From an uncultured Heliomicrobium sp. (GTDB lineage Bacteria > Acidobacteriota > Blastocatellia > RBC074), in assembly GCA_964639915.1 (NCBI GenBank), contig CAZXHW010000001.1:1-40763 (forward strand): 40,763 bases of DNA. Reading direction: 5' to 3'. Below are positions 14,732-23,050 of this stretch, one piece after another (the first letter of the stretch is position 1; each line of letters begins with the position of its first letter). Both the position numbers and the translations under genes were made by a program. The notes under the pieces are model-generated. The model was not told where the DNA came from. It ran no database searches and was given only the letters and a program-made list of their open reading frames with translations.

Positions 14732-17620
14732 ATGACGCCTGAAAAGTGGCAACAGATCGAAGCCTTGTTTCATTCGGCGCTGGATCGTCAGCCAAACGCG
14801 CGAGCCGCGTTTTTGCGTGACGCCTGCGGCGAAGATTCCGCCTTGCGCGATGAGGTTTGGCGCTTGCTGGATTCTTATGACGAAGCAGGCGAATTCATCG
14901 AACAGCCGTTACTGGAAAATTCAGCCAACCCCGCCGAGCCGATCATTGGCCAGAAAATCGGCGGCTACGAAATTCAATCCTTGCTGGGCGCGGGCGGAAT
15001 GGGCGAAGTTTATCTGGCCCGCGACGCCAAACTGGACAGGCCAATCGCCCTGAAATTATTGTCGGCTCAATTCACCCGCGACGTCGGGCAGGCGCTGCGA
15101 TTTGAACGCGAAGCCCGCGCGATTGCGGCGCTCAATCATCCGAACATCATCACCATTTACGAGATCGGCCAGGACGGCGACCAACACTTCATCGCCACCG
15201 AACTGGTCACAGGGCAAACGCTGCGCGAAACGATCAACGCCGGAAAACTGGAACCGCGCCAGGCCGCCAACATCGCCGCTCAAATCGCCAATGCGCTGGC
15301 GGCGGCTCATTCGGCGGGAATCATTCACCGCGACATCAAACCAGAAAACGTGATGGTCAGGCCGGATGGCTTGGTCAAACTTCTAGACTTTGGATTAGCT
15401 AAGCCAACCGGGTTGCGGATTGCGGATTGCGGATTGCGGACTGAAGCGGATGGGGGATTTAAGATTGAAGATTGCGGATTACGGATTGAAGACCACTTTC
15501 AAAATCCGCATTCCGCAATCCGCAATCCGCAATCGTACACAGATCCGAAGGCGCTGATGGGAACGCTGGCTTATTTGTCGCCGGAGCAGACTCGTCAAGA
15601 AGAGTTGGACGCGCGCACAGACATTTTTAGCCTCGGCGTTGTGCTTTACGAAATGCTGGCGGGAATTCGTCCGTTCAAAGGCGCAAACGCCGCCGAAGTT
15701 TGCGAAGCCATTTTGAACCGCGAGCCTGAAGCCTTGCCCAACTTTCCGGATGCCTCCGCAATGTCGTTCATCGTCAAACGCGCTTTGATGAAAGACCCAG
15801 CGCATCGCTACCAAAACGCCGCAGAGTTTCGCGCCGACTTGCTGCAAGTGGAGCAAGCGCAACAGCAAGCTCCGGCCAGACGCGGCAAAAGTTTGGCCGT
15901 CGCGGCGGCATTCTTTCTGTTGGCAGCTTTGGGCGTTTGGATTTGGCAATCGTTCAACGGGCGACGAAACTCGTTCAATTCAGCCGCCGCGCAAAAACTG
16001 ACCACCTTTCCAGGACAGGAACTTTTCCCCAGCATTTCGCCCGGCGGCCAAAGCGTCATTTTCGCCAGCCGTCACAACGGCAGCATGGACATTTACCGCC
16101 AGACGGTCGGGACTAAATCAATCATCAATCTGACGGAAAATCGTCCAGGCGCAGAAATTCAACCGGCGTTTTCTTTTGACGGCAAACGAATCGCGTTTCG
16201 GCAGTTGCACGAAGGCAACGGCGGAATCTTCGTGATGGACAACGACGGCGGCAATCTCGAACAAGTGACCGATGTCGGTTTCAACCCGGCCTGGTCGCCG
16301 GATGGCAGCGAAATCGCCTTTGCTGACGACATCATCTGGGATTACGAAGGCCGTAACACTTACCCCAGCGCCAGCCGTTTGTGGGCTGTGAACCTGAAAA
16401 CTCGCCAGCGCCGCGTGATTTCCGAACGCGACGCAGTTCAGCCGAACTGGTCTCCGAACGGCCACAGGCTGGCTTTTTGGGGAGAGCAACAAGGCGGTCA
16501 CCGCGACATTTGGACTGTCGCAGCCAACGGCGGCGAACCGACACCTGTGACAAACGATGAACACATTGACTGGAATCCGGTCTGGTCCCCGACGGGAGAA
16601 CATCTTTATTTTCTGAGCAATCGGGGCGGCGAAATGAATTTGTGGCGAGTGCCGATTGACGAACGCACAGGCCGGTTGCTGGGCGCGCCAGAACCGGCGA
16701 CTTTGCTGTCTAACAATTGCCAGCATTTCAGTTTCGCGCGCGATGGCCGCAGCCTGGTTTACGGCCAACAAACACGCACGGAAAACCTGTGGCAAATCGG
16801 CTTCGATCCCGTCAATGAACAGGTCGTCGGTTCGGCGTTGCCAATGACTCAGAGCCTGAAGCGGTACGCCCAGTTTTCTTTGTCTCCGGATGAAAAGAGT
16901 TTCGCTTATTTGGGGCGAGGCGAACCTCAGCAGGATTTGTTCACTGCCACAATAACCGGCGCGCCGCTGCAGCGGCTGACAGACGACGCGGCTCAGGACA
17001 TCATTCCTCGCTGGTCGCCCGCTGGCGACTGGATCGCCTTCCTTTCCGACCGTGGCGGCAAATATGAAATCTGGAAAATCCGCCCCGACGGCAGCGGCCT
17101 GTCGCCAATGACTCACGAACCCGGCAAAGAAGTCATTGCGCCGGTTTGGTCGCCGGATGGAAAACGGCTGGCCTATCAAATTCGCAACACCAACGCCGTT
17201 GTCATTGACGCCACGCGGCCCGGCGCTGAGCAGGTTTCACAAGCCTTGGGCGGCGAACAACCTGAAGGCTTTTTGCCCTGGGAATGGTCGCCCGACGGAA
17301 CGACGCTGGCGGGTTGGCAACCTCCGCGTTTGAAACAGCAGGAACGCGGAATTGTTCTTTACTCGTTCGCTCACCAACGCTACGAACAATTAACCCGCAC
17401 GGGGTTTTATCCCACATGGCTGAACGACAGCCGGCGCTTGCTGTTCAGAGAAGGCAACGAACTGTTTCTGCTCAACCGACAAACCGGCCAAACGAAAAAG
17501 ATTTATTCGGTCAATCTGCCCAACCAGCTCAGCCATTGCCTGATTTCGCGCGACAACCAGCGGCTTTATTTCACTACCGTCAGCGCCGAAGCCGACATTT
17601 GGCTGCTGACTCAAAAATGA
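14732..17620 (+). CDS. Transmembrane Ser/Thr protein kinase with an extracytoplasmic TolB-like PD40 beta-propeller
   Basis: The kinase motifs are GAGGMGEV, IALK, HRDIKPEN, DFG and SPE. The TM segment is LAVAAAFFLLAALGVWIW. At least 8 PD40-like units are present (PAWSPDGSEIAF, PNWSPNGHRLAF, PVWSPTGEHLYF, PRWSPAGDWIAF, PVWSPDGKRLAY and others). The start lies 5 nt after the sigma gene stop. Confidence 0.9.
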   Translation: MTPEKWQQIEALFHSALDRQPNARAAFLRDACGEDSALRDEVWRLLDSYDEAGEFIEQPLLENSANPAEPIIGQKIGGYEIQSLLGAGGMGEVYLARDAKLDRPIALKLLSAQFTRDVGQALRFEREARAIAALNHPNIITIYEIGQDGDQHFIATELVTGQTLRETINAGKLEPRQAANIAAQIANALAAAHSAGIIHRDIKPENVMVRPDGLVKLLDFGLAKPTGLRIADCGLRTEADGGFKIEDCGLRIEDHFQNPHSAIRNPQSYTDPKALMGTLAYLSPEQTRQEELDARTDIFSLGVVLYEMLAGIRPFKGANAAEVCEAILNREPEALPNFPDASAMSFIVKRALMKDPAHRYQNAAEFRADLLQVEQAQQQAPARRGKSLAVAAAFFLLAALGVWIWQSFNGRRNSFNSAAAQKLTTFPGQELFPSISPGGQSVIFASRHNGSMDIYRQTVGTKSIINLTENRPGAEIQPAFSFDGKRIAFRQLHEGNGGIFVMDNDGGNLEQVTDVGFNPAWSPDGSEIAFADDIIWDYEGRNTYPSASRLWAVNLKTRQRRVISERDAVQPNWSPNGHRLAFWGEQQGGHRDIWTVAANGGEPTPVTNDEHIDWNPVWSPTGEHLYFLSNRGGEMNLWRVPIDERTGRLLGAPEPATLLSNNCQHFSFARDGRSLVYGQQTRTENLWQIGFDPVNEQVVGSALPMTQSLKRYAQFSLSPDEKSFAYLGRGEPQQDLFTATITGAPLQRLTDDAAQDIIPRWSPAGDWIAFLSDRGGKYEIWKIRPDGSGLSPMTHEPGKEVIAPVWSPDGKRLAYQIRNTNAVVIDATRPGAEQVSQALGGEQPEGFLPWEWSPDGTTLAGWQPPRLKQQERGIVLYSFAHQRYEQLTRTGFYPTWLNDSRRLLFREGNELFLLNRQTGQTKKIYSVNLPNQLSHCLISRDNQRLYFTTVSAEADIWLLTQK
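15413..15532. repeat. 120-bp heptad-based palindromic element lying in frame inside the kinase gene
   Basis: (TTGCGGA)x4 at 15413-15440 is complementary at 27 of 28 positions to the (TCCGCAA)-type array at 15505-15532. The spacer consists of further GATTnnn heptads. The element spans exactly codons 228-267. Confidence 0.85.
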
Positions 17621-17699
17621 CGAACTGGCGCTTTTGGCTGCACGTTAAACCGTGTGCTAAATTCCACCGCGTTAATCCGGTTTTATTTGAGGAGTTAGT

Positions 17700-18656
17700 T
17701 TGATCACCACCACAACGAATCGCCTCGGCGAGCTTCAACAAACCATCGAAAGTGTCATTCGCGGCAAATCGGAAGCCGTGCATCTGGCGATTGTCACGTT
17801 GCTGGCTGGGGGTCATTTGCTGGTCGAAGACGTGCCCGGCGTAGGCAAAACGACATTGGCGCAAACCATTGCCCGCGCAATGGATTGCAGCTTTCAGCGA
17901 ATCCAGTTCACCAGCGATTTGCTGCCTACGGATATTGTTGGCGTTTCGATTTACAACCAGCATTCCGGTGATTTTGAATTCAAACCCGGGCCGATTTTCG
18001 CCAACATCATCCTGGCGGACGAAATCAACCGCACAACGCCCAAAACCCAAAGCAGTTTGCTGGAAGCAATGGCCGAAGGCCGCGCCACCATCGAAAATCG
18101 AACGTACGATCTTCCCCGCCCTTTTCTGGTGCTGGCCACGCAGAACCCGATTGAACACCACGGAACGTACCCGCTGCCTGAATCGCAACTGGACCGATTT
18201 CTGATGCGCGTGCGAATGGGGTATCCATCCATCGCCGAAGAAAAAGAAATCCTGCGCCAGCATGCGGCGCTGCCCAATCACCATCCGCTGGAAGACGTCC
18301 GGCCGGTTATGTCCGGCGACGAAGTCATGGATTTGCAGGAAGAGGTAAAAAACGTTCGTGTTGACGATACGCTGCTGGATTATCTGATGGAAATTGTTGC
18401 CGCGACCCGCAGTTCTGAAATGCTGGAATTGGGCGTCAGCCCGCGCGGTTCGCTGGCATTGCACCGTGCGGCCCAGGCGTTGGCATTTACCGAAGACAGG
18501 GCCTATTGCATCGCCGACGACATCAAACGACTGGTCGTTCCGGTTTTTGCGCATCGCGTTGTCATCAGCCCGCGCTATTCCAACCGTCATCGCACGGAAA
18601 ATGCTGCCGAAACAGCACTGGCTGAAATCCTCAAAACCGTCCGCGTTCCAATCTAA
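17700..18656 (+). CDS. MoxR-family AAA+ ATPase
   Basis: Walker A is VPGVGKT and Walker B is ILADEINR. ATQNPIEHHGTYPLPESQLDRF is typical of MoxR. The TTG start has GAGGAG 7 nt upstream. Confidence 0.9.
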   Translation: MITTTTNRLGELQQTIESVIRGKSEAVHLAIVTLLAGGHLLVEDVPGVGKTTLAQTIARAMDCSFQRIQFTSDLLPTDIVGVSIYNQHSGDFEFKPGPIFANIILADEINRTTPKTQSSLLEAMAEGRATIENRTYDLPRPFLVLATQNPIEHHGTYPLPESQLDRFLMRVRMGYPSIAEEKEILRQHAALPNHHPLEDVRPVMSGDEVMDLQEEVKNVRVDDTLLDYLMEIVAATRSSEMLELGVSPRGSLALHRAAQALAFTEDRAYCIADDIKRLVVPVFAHRVVISPRYSNRHRTENAAETALAEILKTVRVPI

Positions 18657-18658
18657 TT

Positions 18659-18741
18659 CCGGATTTTGAATTTTGGATGCTGAGGTCCACACCTGATTGC
18701 ATTCTTAAATTCAAAACCCAGAATTCAAAATTCAAAACCGG
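18659..18741. repeat. Inverted TTTTGAA/TTCAAAA heptad element in the MoxR-DUF58 gap
   Basis: CCGGATTTTGAATTTT (18659-18674) matches the reverse complement of AAAATTCAAAACCGG (18727-18741) apart from one indel. Additional TTCAAAA units start at 18710, 18724 and 18731. Confidence 0.6.
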
Positions 18742-20067
18742 ATGCTGACCTTCCTTCGACCCAAAAAATCACCTCGATTCGTTTTCGTCACAGCTTTGCT
18801 GACCGGCATAGCTGCGCTAACTGCGATCATCGGCGGCATCGCAGGCCAGCTCGGCAAATATGAATTTGCGGCAATTAGCTCCAGAATCGCCTTGGGACTG
18901 GCGGTGATTGTGATGCTGTATGTTTTGCCACGGCTTTTTCTAAGCGTCCAATGGCGGTCAAATTATGCAGCGCATGTTCCCAATGCCGGGCTGATTTTCG
19001 GCGCGGTCATTTTGCTGGTCACGGTTCTGGCACTGACCAGCGGAAACAACCTTCTGTATGTAGTGCTGGCAATTCTGCTGGCAACGATGATTGTTTCCAT
19101 AGTGTCAGCGCGCATGAATTTGCACCGTATGACGCCTTCCATTCGCTACCCCGGCCATATTTTTGCCGGCGAATCCGTTCCCTTTGAAATCACGCTGAAA
19201 AGCGAAAAGCGGTTTCTGCCTTCATTTTCCCTGTCCGTTGATTTGGTGGAAGAGCGTAAAGCGCCAAGCGAAGAATCGAAACCTGCACAGCAACATGCTG
19301 TTGCATTGAGCTATTTTTCTCTTATTCCGGCGCGGTCATTTGGCCGAAGCGTGATCGAACGGCGTTTTGACCGGCGCGGCGTTTATCCTGTTACCGGATT
19401 TCTGATCAACACAGGGTTTCCGTTTGGATTTGTCGAACAACGGCGCTTTTTTGAATGGTCGGGCGAAATCATCGTCTATCCTCAGCCGGAACCGATTGAT
19501 GATTTCGCGCATCTGTTGCCATTGGTAGCCGGACAGCTTGAAAGCCGGGTTAAAGGAACCGGCAGCGATTTGCACGGCATTCGGCCGTATCTGGCCAGCG
19601 ATCATCATCACCACATTGACTGGAAAGCAACCGCCAAAACTCAGCAAATGATGGTTCGTGAATTCACGCGCGAAGATGATTGGCGAATTACGGTCATTTT
19701 CGATTCACAAACTGACGGGCAACTTGCCAATGAAACCGAGGCAGCGGAACAGTTTGAACGCGCCATCACCTTTGCCGCCAGTTTGTTATCGCATTTCATC
19801 AATCTGGGGGGCGAGGTGCGATTGATGACGATCGGCTGCGACACAGGGTTCGGCACCGGCCAGCCGCATTTATTTGAAATGCTCAGGCAATTGGCCCCAC
19901 TTGCTCCGACCAAGCCGGAAGAAAGAGAATTGCAGACGGAAAAACAACGGATGGGAAGTTTTCAGATTTTGATCACTCCGAATCGCGGCGCTTCTGCCTT
20001 GTCGAACGGTTCCATGACTCAGGTCGTCTATTTCGACGAATTGAGCCGCGCGAGTAGTTTGCAGTAA
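18742..20067 (+). CDS. DUF58-domain protein with N-terminal TM helices
   Basis: The DUF58 signature context is GTGSDLHGIRPYLASDHHHHIDWKATAKTQQMMVREF. It lies directly after MoxR, which is the canonical partner position. Confidence 0.8.
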   Translation: MLTFLRPKKSPRFVFVTALLTGIAALTAIIGGIAGQLGKYEFAAISSRIALGLAVIVMLYVLPRLFLSVQWRSNYAAHVPNAGLIFGAVILLVTVLALTSGNNLLYVVLAILLATMIVSIVSARMNLHRMTPSIRYPGHIFAGESVPFEITLKSEKRFLPSFSLSVDLVEERKAPSEESKPAQQHAVALSYFSLIPARSFGRSVIERRFDRRGVYPVTGFLINTGFPFGFVEQRRFFEWSGEIIVYPQPEPIDDFAHLLPLVAGQLESRVKGTGSDLHGIRPYLASDHHHHIDWKATAKTQQMMVREFTREDDWRITVIFDSQTDGQLANETEAAEQFERAITFAASLLSHFINLGGEVRLMTIGCDTGFGTGQPHLFEMLRQLAPLAPTKPEERELQTEKQRMGSFQILITPNRGASALSNGSMTQVVYFDELSRASSLQ

Positions 20068-20079
20068 CCGGGCTCACAA

Positions 20080-22302
20080 ATGAACTTCAACCGCTTCTTT
20101 ATCGGATCATCCTATGTGCTGATTGCCACCAGCGCAGTAATGCTGGCGGCGACACATCGCTTGGACAAGGTTTCTTTGGCGCTTTTCGCCGGAGCGATGA
20201 CGGCGGGTATTTTGATTGATTTGGATCGGTTACGCTGGAACATCCCTCGCCGTGTATCGAACGGGCTGATGATTGCGTGGGTTGGTGTGGCTTTTCTTGA
20301 ATGGCAGATCTTTCATTTGCCGCCGGTTGCCGTGGTGACGCATTTTGTTCTTTTCGCTGCGACCTTGAAACTTTTGCGCCCCAAAACCAACCGGGACTGG
20401 CTTTGGCTGCATATTGTTTCGTTCTGCATCGTGCTGATGTCCGCCGGACTGATGGTGGGAACGATGTTTATGGTGCTGCTGGTCGTTTATCTGCTGGCAG
20501 CGGCTTCGACATTGCTCGCGTTTGAAATTCGCCGCTCGCAACAGGCCTTCAATCATGAGGTCAGCACACAAACCGTGACTGTTGAATTATGGCGCGAGGT
20601 AAAAAATCAGCGCCAGCCTTTGCCGCAACCTCCCAGCCGAAGCCTGTTTTTCTTTTCCACCGCAGCCATGTTGATGATCCTGCTGCTGGCTGCGCCGTTG
20701 TTTTTTGTTGTGCCCAGAATTACGCGCAGTCCCAGCCGCGGCGGAGCGTTGCAGGGAGAAGCTCTTTCAGGATTTTCAGACACCGTAAAATTGGGCGAAG
20801 TGGCGCAGATTAAATTAAATCCCCAGGTGGTCATGCGCGTTCGGGTCGGATTTCCGCAGGGGCAACAAAGTCAAACTCAGCAACAATCCCTGAGATGGCG
20901 CGGAGTAACACTGGACAATTACGACGGCCAAAGCTGGAACAATTTCGGCCCGGGTTCAGTACAGGTGCGGCGTTACGGCGAAAGCTTTCGCGTTGACGAA
21001 CCGGATTTTCGCCACGGTTTTACCGAGCAAAAATTCTTCATGGAACCGCTGGACCTTCGCAATGTTTTCGTCGCGACGCGCCCCGTGCTGGTCACTGGAG
21101 TGGCAGATTTGCTGCGCGATGCAGGCGACGGGCTTTGGACAGAAGCATATCAAACAACCGATCTCAGCTACACGGTTTATTCCGACACCTGGACTCCGAC
21201 TGACGATGAACTGGCCGCAGACAATTCCCGCGAATACCCGCGCAGCATCTCGCAGCGGTATTTGCAATTACCGGACAGCCACGACCACAACATTGACCAG
21301 TTCGCAGCAAAACTGACTGAGACCGCCAAAACCCAGATCGAAGTGGTTCGCCGCATCGAACAACATCTGCGCACGGAGTACGATTACACGCTGGACCTGC
21401 AACCCGTCACCGAAGGCGACCCTGTAGCCGATTTTCTGTTCAACACGCGCGCCGGTCATTGCGAATACTTCGCTTCGGCGATGGTGTTGATGCTGCGTTC
21501 GCGCCGTATTCCCGCGCGGCTGGTCAACGGGTTTCAAACCGGCGAATACAATACAACGGCAGACGTTTTCACCGTTCGCCAGTCGGACGCGCATTCGTGG
21601 GTGGAGGTCTATTTTCCGCAATACAAATGGATCGCCTTTGATCCAACGCCTGCCGCCGGCCTGAGCGCCTATGATGGCGGCATGATGGCTTTCCTGCGGC
21701 AATACAGCGAAGCGATGGAAATGTTTTGGCTGGAAGAAATCGTCAGCTTCGACACATCCAAACAAATCTCGCTTCTGACCACGGCGCAAAGCTGGATGTC
21801 GTCTTACCAAAAAAGCGTGACGTGGCAATGGATGGATTGGACGCGCCACTTCAGCGAAAAATTTGATTTCTGGCGTCAGAGCCGCCTGACAGAAAACAAA
21901 AGCGCCAATGACGATTTGAAAAGCCCCGGCTGGCGCGATCTGGCAACTGATCCGCTGGCTTTATTTTTGAGTGGGCTTGCCATCACAGGGCTGATATATC
22001 TGCAGCGCAAACGGCTTCTCTTTTGGCGCCAACCCGGCAAGCGCAGTGCTTCGGAATCAGCCATCAGGTTTTACAGAGAAATGCTGCGCACGCTGGAACA
22101 GGCGGGCCATCGCCGCTATCCGCACCAAACCCCGCTGGAATTCGCCGCGCAAATCGGAATCCCAGTTGTCAGCGAAATCACACAGATTTATCAACGCAAA
22201 CGGTTTGGCGACGAAGCATTGACCAACGACGAAACCGAACACGTAGAGATGATGTTGCAGGAATTGAAGAAAACCACGAAAAGAAAATCACGCAGCCATT
22301 GA
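20080..22302 (+). CDS. Transglutaminase-like membrane protein (TgpA-like: multi-TM N-terminal region, transglutaminase core, C-terminal TM/DUF4129-like tail)
   Basis: The Cys-His-Asp core is GHCEYFASAMVLMLRSRRIPARLVNGF ... DAHSWVEVYF ... FDPT. About 6 N-terminal hydrophobic helices are present. Confidence 0.85.
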   Translation: MNFNRFFIGSSYVLIATSAVMLAATHRLDKVSLALFAGAMTAGILIDLDRLRWNIPRRVSNGLMIAWVGVAFLEWQIFHLPPVAVVTHFVLFAATLKLLRPKTNRDWLWLHIVSFCIVLMSAGLMVGTMFMVLLVVYLLAAASTLLAFEIRRSQQAFNHEVSTQTVTVELWREVKNQRQPLPQPPSRSLFFFSTAAMLMILLLAAPLFFVVPRITRSPSRGGALQGEALSGFSDTVKLGEVAQIKLNPQVVMRVRVGFPQGQQSQTQQQSLRWRGVTLDNYDGQSWNNFGPGSVQVRRYGESFRVDEPDFRHGFTEQKFFMEPLDLRNVFVATRPVLVTGVADLLRDAGDGLWTEAYQTTDLSYTVYSDTWTPTDDELAADNSREYPRSISQRYLQLPDSHDHNIDQFAAKLTETAKTQIEVVRRIEQHLRTEYDYTLDLQPVTEGDPVADFLFNTRAGHCEYFASAMVLMLRSRRIPARLVNGFQTGEYNTTADVFTVRQSDAHSWVEVYFPQYKWIAFDPTPAAGLSAYDGGMMAFLRQYSEAMEMFWLEEIVSFDTSKQISLLTTAQSWMSSYQKSVTWQWMDWTRHFSEKFDFWRQSRLTENKSANDDLKSPGWRDLATDPLALFLSGLAITGLIYLQRKRLLFWRQPGKRSASESAIRFYREMLRTLEQAGHRRYPHQTPLEFAAQIGIPVVSEITQIYQRKRFGDEALTNDETEHVEMMLQELKKTTKRKSRSH

Positions 22303-22324
22303 AGGATAAAAACCGGACCAATCG

Positions 22325-22960
22325 TCACTTCATCAGAAATCGGCTGCGACTTCGCAATCGCTCGACGATTTCCGCCGGAGCTTTGGTCGGCGAACCGGCA
22401 TCAAACGGCGGCTGCGGATCGTATTCGATGCCAAGCTGAATCGCCTGCGCCAACGGTTCTCCACATTCCAGCGCCACCAGCTTCAACGCCATATCAATCC
22501 CTGCCGAGACACCGGCAGCAGTAATGATCTTCCCTCGGATGACGACACGCTCGGCGGTCGGTTCAGCTCCAAGCTGGCGCAGTGCCTCATACGCCAGCCA
22601 ATGCGAAGTCGCTTTCAATCCTTTCAGCAATCCCGCTGCGCCCAGCAACAGCGAACCAGTACAAACGGAAGTCGTCCATTTGGAAGTTTCGTGCGCGCGG
22701 CGAATCCAGTTCAAGATCGCTTCGTCGTCCATAAACGCCGATTGTCCCGGCCCGCCTGGAACCACAAGGATGTCCGGCGAAGGAACTTCATCCAGCGAAT
22801 AATCTGCCGTAATCGCCAAACTGCCTTGATCAGTACGAACCGGCCCGGCTTGTTTAGCGACGAATTTGAGGCTTGAGTTTGGAATGCGGCTGAGCACTTC
22901 GTACGGCCCGATGGCATCGAGCGCGGTCAAACGGTCAAAAAGAAGAATTGCGATTTCCAT
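22325..22960 (-). CDS. DJ-1/PfpI-family protein
   Basis: MEIAILLFDRLTALDAIGPYEVL, the nucleophile elbow SVCTGSLLLGAAGLL and ITAAGVSAGIDMAL fit the family. Confidence 0.85.
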   Translation of the reverse strand: MEIAILLFDRLTALDAIGPYEVLSRIPNSSLKFVAKQAGPVRTDQGSLAITADYSLDEVPSPDILVVPGGPGQSAFMDDEAILNWIRRAHETSKWTTSVCTGSLLLGAAGLLKGLKATSHWLAYEALRQLGAEPTAERVVIRGKIITAAGVSAGIDMALKLVALECGEPLAQAIQLGIEYDPQPPFDAGSPTKAPAEIVERLRSRSRFLMK

Positions 22961-22976
22961 AGCAGGAATAAATTTC

Positions 22977-23037
22977 GACAGGATTTACATGATTTTTCAG
23001 GATTGTGTGAATCCTGAATCATCCTGCAAATCCTGTC
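22977..23037. repeat. Nested palindromic CAGGATT/AATCCTG element, copy 1
   Basis: The outer arms are GACAGGATTT (22977-22986) and AAATCCTGTC (23028-23037). The inner hairpin is CAGGATT-GTGTG-AATCCTG (22998-23016). It lies between the fadB-like stop and the DJ-1 start. Confidence 0.7.
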
Positions 23038-23050
23038 TGAAAAGATTGGG

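Noticed and set aside
15413-15532. I asked whether the heptad arrays here and at 18659, 22977 and 33148 could be CRISPR arrays.
   Set aside because: The units are 7 nt with no unique spacers. The arrays are inverted rather than direct. No cas genes are present.
16118-18692. Two long antisense ORFs are present, at 16118-17179 (353 aa) and 17580-18692 (370 aa). Similar ones occur at 5033-5992, 7021-7695, 30769-31674 and 36689-37615.
   Set aside because: All are embedded antisense within well-supported genes (kinase, MoxR, purB, VWA, SDR, CHAT). Their sequences have no motifs and look compositionally like mirror frames.
18677-18748. A 23-codon upstream ORF (MLRSTPDCILKFKTQNSKFKTGC) has a stop that overlaps the DUF58 start region.
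   Set aside because: It has no Shine-Dalgarno sequence. Its sequence is simply the read-through of the heptad repeat element (the KFKT repeats). It is more likely an accident of the repeat than a gene.
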